From assembly GCA_040377305.1 (NCBI GenBank), contig JBEIPA010000042.1:1-32421 (forward strand): DNA of 32,421 nt, read 5' to 3'. Positions 8,824 through 17,604 of the stretch are shown piece after piece. Source of the stretch: Flavobacteriales bacterium. GTDB taxonomy: Bacteria > Bacteroidota > Bacteroidia > Palsa-965. Numbering within the stretch: position 1 is the stretch's first letter; every line of letters starts with the position of its first letter. The position numbers were made by a program, and so were the translations under genes. The notes beneath the pieces were generated by a model that was not told the DNA's origin, did no database searches, and saw only the letters and a list, made by a program, of their open reading frames with translations.

Positions 8824-9399
8824 TTATTCTGCAGAAACTAACAATCCCTTCAGGTTTCTCTTCCCGTTCTGGATGTAGCTCTTGACTTCGTTCACAGAGT
8901 ACCCGGTTTCCGTAGAAACCTCCTTATAGCTCTTTTGTTTTAGGTAAAACAACTCGATGCATTGCTTCTGTTCCTGAGAAAGGTCGTTGATGGCCTTTTC
9001 CAGTTTCTCGAGATGTTCTTCCAGGCGGAGCGTTTCGGACTTCTGCGTATCGTCTGCAGCCATGTTCTGGAGTGCTGACTCCACGTCCATGGTTTCCATG
9101 CTGCTTTTACGCAGCTTTTTCAGGCAATGATGCTTGGTTACACTGTAAACCCACGTCTTGAAATTATTGACTTCGTGCTGTTGTAAATCACGAAGAATAA
9201 TTTCGAAAACTTCCATCACGGCGTCTTCTGTTTCAACTTTATCCTGCAGGTAGTTGTATGATACCGCAGTAATTAGTTGAGTATACCGACGAAATAATTC
9301 GCCTGCATACCAGGAGTTGCCGCTCTTGCGATACTGATCGATCAACTCGTGATCAGTCAGCTGCGTTTCCTTTTTAGGCCAAAAGAATCGAATGCGCAT
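8824..9399 (-). CDS. ECF RNA polymerase sigma factor
   Basis: Region 2 (EDAVMEVF, FKTWVYSVTKHHCL) and region 4 (LSQEQKQCIELFY, SYKEVS, VKSYIQNGKRNLK); 191 aa. Confidence 0.93.
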   Translation of the reverse strand: MRIRFFWPKKETQLTDHELIDQYRKSGNSWYAGELFRRYTQLITAVSYNYLQDKVETEDAVMEVFEIILRDLQQHEVNNFKTWVYSVTKHHCLKKLRKSSMETMDVESALQNMAADDTQKSETLRLEEHLEKLEKAINDLSQEQKQCIELFYLKQKSYKEVSTETGYSVNEVKSYIQNGKRNLKGLLVSAE

Positions 9400-9708
9400 C
9401 CGTCTAAGGGATTACAAAATGTTTAACATGTGTTTGCCATCCCTAATGTACAAGAAAAAGAACTACCTCCAAATATGGAGTCAGGGTTAAGGGCAGAGAT
9501 TCCGAGTTTTCCACAATTAAACACGCGGTTTTTATGACATTTTTCCGACGTACGGACTACGTCACAAGTTGTTTTTAAAAATATCTGACTGAATATCAGG
9601 CTTTTGTAATCTTTTATACAAAATCTTTATGAACCCGGTGTGGAAAAAGGGTTTTCCCTGCCCTAATTATCAGAAAGGCGCTAAAAAACCTGTAACATTT
9701 CAAAGCTT

Positions 9709-9858
9709 ATGAAGTCAGTTTTCAAAACATTGCTCGTGATCATGGTAGTATCAGTTGTATCAGCATCATTACCATCTTGCAAGAGTCAAGAAGACTGCGG
9801 AGCTTATCAGGGAAGTGGTAAGAGCACACGCTCGAATACGCACCACAAGCACCGTTAA
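9709..9858 (+). CDS. Unannotated 49-aa small lipoprotein
   Basis: MKSVFKTLLVIMVVSVVSASLPS-CKSQEDCGAYQGSGKSTRSNTHHKHR*: basic N-terminus, hydrophobic core, lipobox Cys and a downstream terminator. Shorter than any ORF in the track. Confidence 0.7.
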   Translation: MKSVFKTLLVIMVVSVVSASLPSCKSQEDCGAYQGSGKSTRSNTHHKHR

Positions 9859-9929
9859 AATCGTACTCCTGAAGGGCGAGTTTTTACAAAGGCCGTTCTT
9901 CCTCTATACATGTGTTTCATGTGTTTGCC

Positions 9930-9966
9930 ACAAAACTTCCCGTCACTGACGGGAAATTTTGTTTTT
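9930..9966 (+). terminator. Rho-independent terminator
   Basis: ACAAAAC-TTCCCGTC-ACT-GACGGGAA-ATTTTGT followed by TTTT. Confidence 0.7.
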
Positions 9967-10069
9967 AGGCTGTACCAAGCCTAAAATAATCCGTTATAAC
10001 AGAACCGTTAGTCCTTTGGGCACGTAAGCCAGATATATAATTGTATTGGTTTATCAGACCATAGTAAAC

Positions 10070-10077
10070 TAGTTTTG
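10070..10077 (+). promoter_or_regulatory. -7 element
   Basis: TAGTTTTG with TTG 21 nt upstream; it ends 22 nt before ATG 10100. Confidence 0.55.
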
Positions 10078-10099
10078 ATAAGCAACGTCTTGTAAGCGC

Positions 10100-12793
10100 A
10101 TGAAGCAGTTTTCCCTTGTCGCGGTTTTTATGTTTCTCGGACTCATTCCGATGAATGCGACGCACAACATTGCGGGAGAGATTACCTACAAGTGCATGGG
10201 CGGTAGTCAGTACGAGATATTTGTAACCACTTACACAAACTATCCGTCTATCGTTGATCGCTGGGAACTGATTGTGGTTTTTGGTGATGGCGATTCTGCA
10301 GTTGCCCGACGGATAAATGGAACATTCAACGTTCAGAATAACGCGGGAGAAGGAGTCCAGCTACCAGCTTATGGCGCCAAGCAAAACGTATATCGCACTG
10401 TGCATACGTATAGTCCGGGAACGTATTGGATCTCAATGACCGACCCGAATCGTGTTATGGGTATTGACAACATTCCAAACTCGGTGAACGTTCCGTTTCA
10501 TTTGAGGACCCAGATTACCGTAGACCCAAATCTTGGATGCAACAACGGGCCGCAACTCACTACTGTTCCACTGGACAAGGCTTGTATTGGTGCGTGTTTC
10601 TATCACAACCCGGCAGCGTATGATATCGAAGGTGATAGTCTGTCTTATAAGATAGGCCAGTGTCTGGATGCCAGCGGACAGCCTTTGTCGGGATACCAGC
10701 TTCCAGCGGCCATCGGTGGCGGTATAATGACGATTGATCCGGTTACCGGTGATCTTGCGTGGTGTACACCACAAGTTGCGGGCAAGTACAACCTGGTGAT
10801 TTACATTGAAGAGTGGAGAAAGTTCAATGGAACACCAGTATTGATAGGAACGGTTTTGCGCGACATGTCAATTGATGTACTCAATGAATGCAACAATGAA
10901 AATCCCGAAATTCCTGATCTGCCTGATCTCTGTGTAGATGCAGGAACGGTGGTTAGTTTCTCATTCATCGTGACAGATCCTGATTTAGATTATGTGTTGT
11001 CTGAAGCAGATGGAGGTCCGTTTAATGTAACACCGGCAGCGACGTCAACACCGAACAATCTATATGCACAGACGCCTTTCCAAACTAGTTTCAGTTGGCA
11101 AACGACCTGCGAGCGTGTGCGACTTCAACCCTGGACGGTTGTATTCAAAGCAACAGACGACGGCGGCCCGAGTAACGATGGCGTAATTCTCTCCGACATT
11201 GAATCCGTCAATATCACTGTTGTTTCACCGGGCCCGCAAACGCTAACGGCAGTTCCGCAAGGTTCATCGGTAACACTGAACTGGGGAACTTCTCCTTGTG
11301 ATCCGGCGGTGAATCCTGCAGTGGGTTACAAAATTTATCGCCGCCAGGGTCCGAGTAACTGGATGCCTGCACAATGTGAAACCGGAGTTCCGGCACCAAC
11401 CGGATTTGTGTACATCGGAACAGTTGTTGGGGTCAACAACACAACCTTCATGGACAACAATGGTGGTGCGGGATTAGTTCCCGGCATCAACTACTGTTAC
11501 CGCGTTCACACGTTTTTTCTCGACGGAGCAGAAAGCTATGCTTCACCGGAAACATGCACGGAGTTATTACGCGACGTTCCTGTGATTACGCATGTTGATA
11601 TTACCTCCACATCATCATTATCCGGAACAATTGATGTTCGCTGGGAAAATCCGTTAGCGAACGGAATTGACTTCGACACTGCAATTCATCCTGCGCCGTA
11701 TACCATCATCATTCAACGCACCGATGATTCATTCGTGACGAATTCTCCGCAGCCAGTTGCAACTTTAAATGCAAGCGCGTTTTATCTGTTGCCGACTTTG
11801 TTCCAGGATGCCGGTCTTGTAACGGACACCAAACCGTATTCGTATCGAATAGATTTTTATGATTCGATCGGATTCGTAGGAAGCTCGCAATCTGCATCGA
11901 GTGTGTTTTTGTCTACAACGCCATCAGACAATCAAATTCTGTTGACATGGCTCGACACCACACCGTGGACAAATTTTAACTACGCGATTTTCCGGTACAA
12001 CAGCACAACAACGCAATGGGATTCTATCGGGTTTACCAGCGGAAACAGTTACGCCGACATGAATCTTGTCAATGGCGAGGAGTACTGTTACTATGTAAAA
12101 GCACACGGCAGTTATTTCAATGCGTTGCTACCTCCGTTGTTGCTCAATCGTTCGCAGGAGAAATGTGATACGCCCAATGATCTGACGCCTCCGTCGGCTC
12201 CGTTGCTAGGAATTCATTCTGATTGTTACATCGGACTGAATCAGCTCATGTGGACAAATCCGAACAACATGAATACGGGAACAGATGATGTGGTGTCGTA
12301 CAACATCTGGTACACTCCAATAGAAGGGGGCACAATGACAGTTATTGCAACCGTAATGATTCCGGCGGATACGACGATGAATTTCTCAGGACTTACATCT
12401 GTAGCCGGGTGTTATGCAGTTACTGCGCTCGACACATTCGGGAATCAGAGTGCGTTTAGTAATGTGATTTGTGTCGATAATTGTCCGGAGTATGTTTTGC
12501 CCAATGTATTCACACCAAATGCGGATGGAACCAATGATCATTTTGTGCCATTCCCGTATCAATACATTGAAAGTATAGACATCAGGATATTTGATCGCTG
12601 GGGCGTGATGGTATATCAAACCAACGATCCTGCTCTAATGTGGGACGGGCGCAACATGGCAAACGGCAAGATGTGCACGGATGGCGTCTATTATTACACA
12701 TGTACCGTGAACGAAATTCGTTTACAAGGTATTGTTCCGAGACAAATCAGTGGATTTTTCCATTTGTTCGGCAGAGATATTCAGCCAGAGTAA
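10100..12793 (+). CDS. T9SS type B sorting-domain (gliding motility-associated CTD) protein, paralog 1
   Basis: Signal peptide then ATHNIAGEITY, Ig/FN3-like modules (GYKIYR, YCYRV, YAVTALD) and a C-terminal LPNVFTPNADGTND...IFDRWG...WDG...DGVYYY. Confidence 0.9.
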   Translation: MKQFSLVAVFMFLGLIPMNATHNIAGEITYKCMGGSQYEIFVTTYTNYPSIVDRWELIVVFGDGDSAVARRINGTFNVQNNAGEGVQLPAYGAKQNVYRTVHTYSPGTYWISMTDPNRVMGIDNIPNSVNVPFHLRTQITVDPNLGCNNGPQLTTVPLDKACIGACFYHNPAAYDIEGDSLSYKIGQCLDASGQPLSGYQLPAAIGGGIMTIDPVTGDLAWCTPQVAGKYNLVIYIEEWRKFNGTPVLIGTVLRDMSIDVLNECNNENPEIPDLPDLCVDAGTVVSFSFIVTDPDLDYVLSEADGGPFNVTPAATSTPNNLYAQTPFQTSFSWQTTCERVRLQPWTVVFKATDDGGPSNDGVILSDIESVNITVVSPGPQTLTAVPQGSSVTLNWGTSPCDPAVNPAVGYKIYRRQGPSNWMPAQCETGVPAPTGFVYIGTVVGVNNTTFMDNNGGAGLVPGINYCYRVHTFFLDGAESYASPETCTELLRDVPVITHVDITSTSSLSGTIDVRWENPLANGIDFDTAIHPAPYTIIIQRTDDSFVTNSPQPVATLNASAFYLLPTLFQDAGLVTDTKPYSYRIDFYDSIGFVGSSQSASSVFLSTTPSDNQILLTWLDTTPWTNFNYAIFRYNSTTTQWDSIGFTSGNSYADMNLVNGEEYCYYVKAHGSYFNALLPPLLLNRSQEKCDTPNDLTPPSAPLLGIHSDCYIGLNQLMWTNPNNMNTGTDDVVSYNIWYTPIEGGTMTVIATVMIPADTTMNFSGLTSVAGCYAVTALDTFGNQSAFSNVICVDNCPEYVLPNVFTPNADGTNDHFVPFPYQYIESIDIRIFDRWGVMVYQTNDPALMWDGRNMANGKMCTDGVYYYTCTVNEIRLQGIVPRQISGFFHLFGRDIQPE

Positions 12794-12968
12794 TTCAAAA
12801 AAACAGGTTATATGTTGAGCGTTGATCTGCAAAGCGAATCCGTCATCGTTCGCAACATAGCCAAACCCTAAAAGTTCCCACGTGTATAGTGGAGTTTTCT
12901 CCCCGTAAATGATGTTAAACCACTTACCAATTGACCCGAATTTGTTGGTAAAAGCCCCGTCTTTAAGT

Positions 12969-12976
12969 TACCTTTG
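12969..12976 (+). promoter_or_regulatory. -7 element
   Basis: TACCTTTG with TTTGTTG ending 21 nt upstream. Confidence 0.6.
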
Positions 12977-12996
12977 GTAGACTGGCAAAGTGACTC

Positions 12997-13464
12997 GTGA
13001 AAAATATGATTAAGTACTTATTCTCTTTTTTATCGGTTTGCGGTTTAGCGTACAGTTGTACGCCCGACCCGGTGTTTCCTGATGAACCCCAACTTACCTT
13101 TTTACGTTACGAGTACAACGGAACAGACACACTTGAAGCCGTGTTCTCGTTTACTGATGGCGATGGTGACATTGGAGTTTCTCCTACCGGTAACGATTCG
13201 AACATGGTGTTGACGCTTTATTACAAAGCACCGGACGGAGAGTTTCATGTGGCACGCCCGGGAGTTTCTACAACCGATTCAATCTATTACACGTACAGAA
13301 TTCCCGACCTCCCGGAAGGACAGCGCGGTTTGGAAGGCGAGATCTATCTCGTGATCAATCCCCAGTTCCTGATTTACGACACAATTCAGTTTAATGCATT
13401 TCTCCTCGATCAGTCGCAGAACAAAAGTCAGGTTGTGCGAACCTCCGAACAAGTGCTCGATTAA
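12997..13464 (+). CDS. Hypothetical lipoprotein with an FTDGDGDIG motif
   Basis: Lipobox LAYS-C and an acidic DGDGD loop; ends 8 nt before the next gene. The start is GTG 12997 or ATG 13006. Confidence 0.8.
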   Translation: MKNMIKYLFSFLSVCGLAYSCTPDPVFPDEPQLTFLRYEYNGTDTLEAVFSFTDGDGDIGVSPTGNDSNMVLTLYYKAPDGEFHVARPGVSTTDSIYYTYRIPDLPEGQRGLEGEIYLVINPQFLIYDTIQFNAFLLDQSQNKSQVVRTSEQVLD

Positions 13465-13472
13465 GAATTAGA

Positions 13473-16184
13473 ATGAAACGTTTATTACTCATCTGTACGC
13501 TATTGTTGTCGGGATTACTGTCCCTCAACGCAACGCATAATATTGCAGGTGAGATTGTATACCGTTGTACAGGCGGAAGCACGTACGAAATCATTGTGAA
13601 GACCTACACAAACGGATCTTCACCTGCAGATCGTTATGAACTGATGATTGATTTCGGTGACGGCGTAGAGCAGGTTGTGCGCCGCTCGAATGGACCCGCC
13701 AATGGACCGAACGGGGAAGGCGATGGAATATTTCTTGGCGCGAGCTATCCGAATACAAAATACAATGAGTACCTCGCAACGCACACGTATAGTCCCGGAA
13801 CATATACGATCAGCATTAAGGATCCGAATCGTGTAACGGGAATTGAAAACATTCCGAATTCAGTAAACGTTCCATTCTATTTGCAAACGACTTTGATTGT
13901 TGATCCTTCTATTGGATGCAACGAAGGTCCTGTCCTTACAACGATTCCACTCGACAAAGCGTGCATGGGCAAGTGTTATCACCATAACCCGGGCGCTTAT
14001 GATCCGAATGGAGATAGTCTGGCGTTTTCAATCGGACCGTGTTTGGATACAAACGGATTGCCGATTCCCGGATACACTACACCTGACATTTCGGGCGGCG
14101 GAGTTCTTACCATGAACAACGTTACGGGCGATCTGTCCTGGTGTTCGCCGATGGTACCGGGCAAATACAACATTGTAATTTACATTGAAGAGTGGCGTCG
14201 TCTGGCAAATGGAAATCGTGTGCTCATCGGAACGGTGTTGCGCGATATGTCAATAGATGTTTCCCAATTCTGTAACAACGACAATCCTGAAATTCCGGAC
14301 TTGCCGGATCTGTGCGTCGACGCAGGAACGATTGTAAACTTCCAATTTGCTGTAACTGATCCGAACAATGACTCAGTGCGCATGGAAGGCTACGGTGGGC
14401 CATTCAACGTGACGCCAGCTGCAACTTTAACACCGGTGAATATCTTCCAGCCAACTCCACTGAGTGTTGACTTCACCTGGCAAACGAATTGCGATCGTGT
14501 ACGCCTTCAACCGTGGACTGTTACTTTCAAAGCAACAGATGATGGTGGCCCCGGAAACACAAGCGTGGTTTTGGTTGACATTGAATCAGTAAACATTACA
14601 GTTGTTTCGCAAGGACCACAAGTACTCAATGTTGCGCCGCAAGGGTCGAGTATGAATTTGTCGTGGACACCAAGCCCTTGCACACCTGCAACGAATCCGG
14701 TTGTAGGATATAAGATTTATCGCCGTCAAGGGCCAAGTTTCTGGAATCCTTCGCAGTGTGAAACCGGAGTCCCTGCGTCAACTGGGTTTGTTCTTATCGG
14801 AACAATTAACGGATTGAACAACACATCATACGTTGACAATAACAACGGCGCAGGTTTGATTCCTGGAATTGATTACTGTTATCGCGTTCACACGTATTTC
14901 CTCGATGGCGCGGAAAGTTATGCATCACCAGAACAGTGTGCGGAGTTGCTTCGAGATGTACCGGTAATCACAAACGTTGACATCACATCAACTGATCCCA
15001 ACAGCGGTACACTGGATGTGAGATGGGTGAATCCACTCGCAAACGGAATTGATTTCGATACAACAATTCATCCCGGACCTTATGTGTTGAAAGTACGTCG
15101 TACTGATAGTTCATACGTGATGACCCCTAATCCGGTGTTGTGCACAACGATGGTGGCAGCGAACTTCTATCAGATTCCAACATTGTTTCAGGATATAAAC
15201 CTGAATACGGAGTTCAATCCGTACACGTATCGCATCGACTTCTTCGCACAGAACGGAACAGATTCTATTGGCAATTCGCAATCGGCATCGAGTGTGTTCC
15301 TGCAAACGCTTGCATCGGATAATCAGGTGTTGCTCACATGGCAAGACACAACTCCGTGGACGAACAATGCATACGCGATCTTCCGCTTCAACAGCATCAC
15401 ATCCGTGTGGGATTCTATTGGCTGGTCAACAACGAATTATTACGAAGACGAAAATCTTATCAATGGTTTTGAATACTGTTACTACGTAAAGTCACACGGA
15501 TCGTATTCAAACGCATTATTGCCTTCTCCATTGCTGAATCGTTCGCAGGAGCGTTGCGCAACACCGGTTGACTTGACTCCACCATGTGCGCCAACACTCG
15601 GTATTCATTCCGATTGCTTCATTGCACTCAACCAGCTCATCTGGACGAATCCGATAAACATGAACTGCGGAACGGACGATGTGGTTTCTTACAACATCTG
15701 GTACACGCCTACTGAAGGTGGCGACATGACCATTATTGCAACGGTGAATGTTTCAAGCGACACAACTATCACATTCAGCAATCTTACATCTGTTGCAGGA
15801 TGTTATGGCGTAACAGCACTCGATACATTCAACAATCAGAGCGTAATGAGCAATATTGTTTGTGTCGACAATTGTCCGGAGTATGTTCTTCCGAATGTAT
15901 TCACTCCGAACGCTGATGGAACAAATGACTTTTTCATTCCATTCCCGTATCAATATATCGAGAGTGTAGATATCAAAATCTTTGATCGCTGGGGAGTTCT
16001 TGTGTTTGAAACAAAGGACCCTGCACTCAACTGGGACGGTCACGACAGAAATACCGGTGCGCTATGCAGCGATGGTGTTTACTACTATACATGTACGGTG
16101 AATGAAATCCGTTTGCAGGGAATTGTTCCGCGTAAGATCAGCGGGTTCTTCCATCTTTTCGGCAAAGACATTCGCGGCGAATAA
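13473..16184 (+). CDS. T9SS type B sorting-domain protein, paralog 2
   Basis: Collinear with 10100..12793 over the full length and has the same type-B CTD motifs. Confidence 0.9.
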   Translation: MKRLLLICTLLLSGLLSLNATHNIAGEIVYRCTGGSTYEIIVKTYTNGSSPADRYELMIDFGDGVEQVVRRSNGPANGPNGEGDGIFLGASYPNTKYNEYLATHTYSPGTYTISIKDPNRVTGIENIPNSVNVPFYLQTTLIVDPSIGCNEGPVLTTIPLDKACMGKCYHHNPGAYDPNGDSLAFSIGPCLDTNGLPIPGYTTPDISGGGVLTMNNVTGDLSWCSPMVPGKYNIVIYIEEWRRLANGNRVLIGTVLRDMSIDVSQFCNNDNPEIPDLPDLCVDAGTIVNFQFAVTDPNNDSVRMEGYGGPFNVTPAATLTPVNIFQPTPLSVDFTWQTNCDRVRLQPWTVTFKATDDGGPGNTSVVLVDIESVNITVVSQGPQVLNVAPQGSSMNLSWTPSPCTPATNPVVGYKIYRRQGPSFWNPSQCETGVPASTGFVLIGTINGLNNTSYVDNNNGAGLIPGIDYCYRVHTYFLDGAESYASPEQCAELLRDVPVITNVDITSTDPNSGTLDVRWVNPLANGIDFDTTIHPGPYVLKVRRTDSSYVMTPNPVLCTTMVAANFYQIPTLFQDINLNTEFNPYTYRIDFFAQNGTDSIGNSQSASSVFLQTLASDNQVLLTWQDTTPWTNNAYAIFRFNSITSVWDSIGWSTTNYYEDENLINGFEYCYYVKSHGSYSNALLPSPLLNRSQERCATPVDLTPPCAPTLGIHSDCFIALNQLIWTNPINMNCGTDDVVSYNIWYTPTEGGDMTIIATVNVSSDTTITFSNLTSVAGCYGVTALDTFNNQSVMSNIVCVDNCPEYVLPNVFTPNADGTNDFFIPFPYQYIESVDIKIFDRWGVLVFETKDPALNWDGHDRNTGALCSDGVYYYTCTVNEIRLQGIVPRKISGFFHLFGKDIRGE

Positions 16185-16187
16185 TTT

Positions 16188-16811
16188 ATGTTCACAGGAA
16201 TTATTGAATCAACCGGAACCATTCGCGCAGTGCGCAGAAATGGCAGCAACGTAGATTTTGATATCGCAGTCCCATTTCTTACCGAGTTGAAAATCGACCA
16301 GAGTGTTGCACACAATGGCGCTTGTTTGACCGTTGTGAAAATTTCGGATGACACGTACACGGTAACTGCCATTGACGAAACACTGAAGAAAACTACGCTA
16401 GGCAATTGGGCTATTGACGCGGAAGTGAATCTTGAACGCTGCATGATTCTCGGCGGGCGATTGGATGGCCACATCGTACAAGGACATGTAGATCTTGTGG
16501 GCACATGTACTTTGGTGAAAGACGAAAACGGCAGCTGGCTTTTCTCATTCGAATATGACAAAGACAGTGGTCACGTCACAGTTCCGAAGGGTTCGATTTG
16601 TGTGAATGGCGTGAGCCTTACGGTTGTTGATTCTTCTCCCGGAAAGTTTTCTGTTGCGATTATTCCGTACACATTCGAGCACACATCCTTCAAGCATATT
16701 AAAGTCGGTCATGGAGTGAACCTGGAGTTTGATGTGATCGGAAAGTACGTTGCTGCAATGATGAACAACCGTAGTGGCGCAGAGACGCAGAGACGCAGCG
16801 AAAATTTGTAA
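16188..16811 (+). CDS. ribE: Riboflavin synthase (alpha chain; named ribC in some organisms)
   Basis: Motifs MFTGIIE, SVAHNGACLTV, VNLER, GHIVQGHVD, KGSICVNGVSLTV and VNLEFD. Confidence 0.96.
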   Translation: MFTGIIESTGTIRAVRRNGSNVDFDIAVPFLTELKIDQSVAHNGACLTVVKISDDTYTVTAIDETLKKTTLGNWAIDAEVNLERCMILGGRLDGHIVQGHVDLVGTCTLVKDENGSWLFSFEYDKDSGHVTVPKGSICVNGVSLTVVDSSPGKFSVAIIPYTFEHTSFKHIKVGHGVNLEFDVIGKYVAAMMNNRSGAETQRRSENL

Positions 16812-16814
16812 GTC

Positions 16815-17378
16815 ATGTCCAGCGAAAGAACGGCGTTTATTATCGCTTTGCCCGATGAAGTTCATCACGCAGAGGAACTGCACGGCATTCCGGTTTTCTA
16901 CAGCGGAGTAGGGAAGATTAACGCGGCGTTACGCACAGCTGAAGTTATTCAACAGGGATTTACGGATATCATCAACATCGGTTCCTGCGGATCGGTGAAG
17001 CACAAACTCGGTGAAATTATTCCGGTAGGAAAAGTACTGCAGGATATTGACGGCCGACCGCTGAGCGATTATGGTCACACGCCATTCGAAGATAATAGTC
17101 ACACGATTATTCTCGATGCTTCGTTACCGCACACATGTTTTAGCACGGACTATTTCTACGACCATAAGCAGCATACGAAGTATTCACCGGAATATCACGC
17201 GATGATTAATTCCTATTCGGTGTTCGACATGGAATTATACGCAATTGCAAAAACGTGCCGGAGAAATAATGTGAAGTTGCGCGCATTCAAGTGGGTGAGC
17301 GATGATGGAGATTTTGAGCATTGGCAGCAGAATTGCAGGATGTCGGCAGAGAAGGTTCTTGACATCATCTCGCGGTAA
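16815..17378 (+). CDS. Nucleosidase of the PNP/MTAN superfamily (MTA/SAH nucleosidase-like)
   Basis: Motifs SGVGKINAA, INIGSCGS, FDMELYAIA and KWVSD; only 187 aa. Confidence 0.8.
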   Translation: MSSERTAFIIALPDEVHHAEELHGIPVFYSGVGKINAALRTAEVIQQGFTDIINIGSCGSVKHKLGEIIPVGKVLQDIDGRPLSDYGHTPFEDNSHTIILDASLPHTCFSTDYFYDHKQHTKYSPEYHAMINSYSVFDMELYAIAKTCRRNNVKLRAFKWVSDDGDFEHWQQNCRMSAEKVLDIISR

Positions 17379-17389
17379 CAATTATCCGT

Positions 17390-17604
17390 GCTTCATGTTG
17401 TGCCCCTACGGGGCACTCAAATAATGGGTGGCATTGCAAATGCAATGCTTGTTTGGCTCCGCTGGAGCCAGAAGAACACGTCAAACACTTGCTGTAATGA
17501 ACAGCCATGAAAGTGTGACCACCTATTGGCTCCAGCGGAGCCAAACAATCATTGCCTTGATTTTGTTGAGCCACCCAGTGCCCTGTAGGGGCACAACATG
17601 GAGC
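17390..17604. repeat. 215-bp REP-doublet-like nested palindrome
   Basis: The outer 28-bp arms (17390-17417, 17577-17604) have 2 mismatches. The inner 29-bp arms GCAATGCTTGTTTGGCTCCGCTGGAGCCA / TGGCTCCAGCGGAGCCAAACAATCATTGC have 1 mismatch. Each arm contains its own small hairpin. Confidence 0.85.

Noticed and set aside
9755-9949. 64-aa ORF in the track
   Set aside because: It has a TTG start, no features and runs into the terminator. The overlapping 9709..9858 lipoprotein frame is much more convincing.
12808-12863. Imperfect hairpin TATGTTG...CAACATA after paralog 1
   Set aside because: The stem is short and interrupted with no U-tract, so it cannot be called a terminator or ncRNA.
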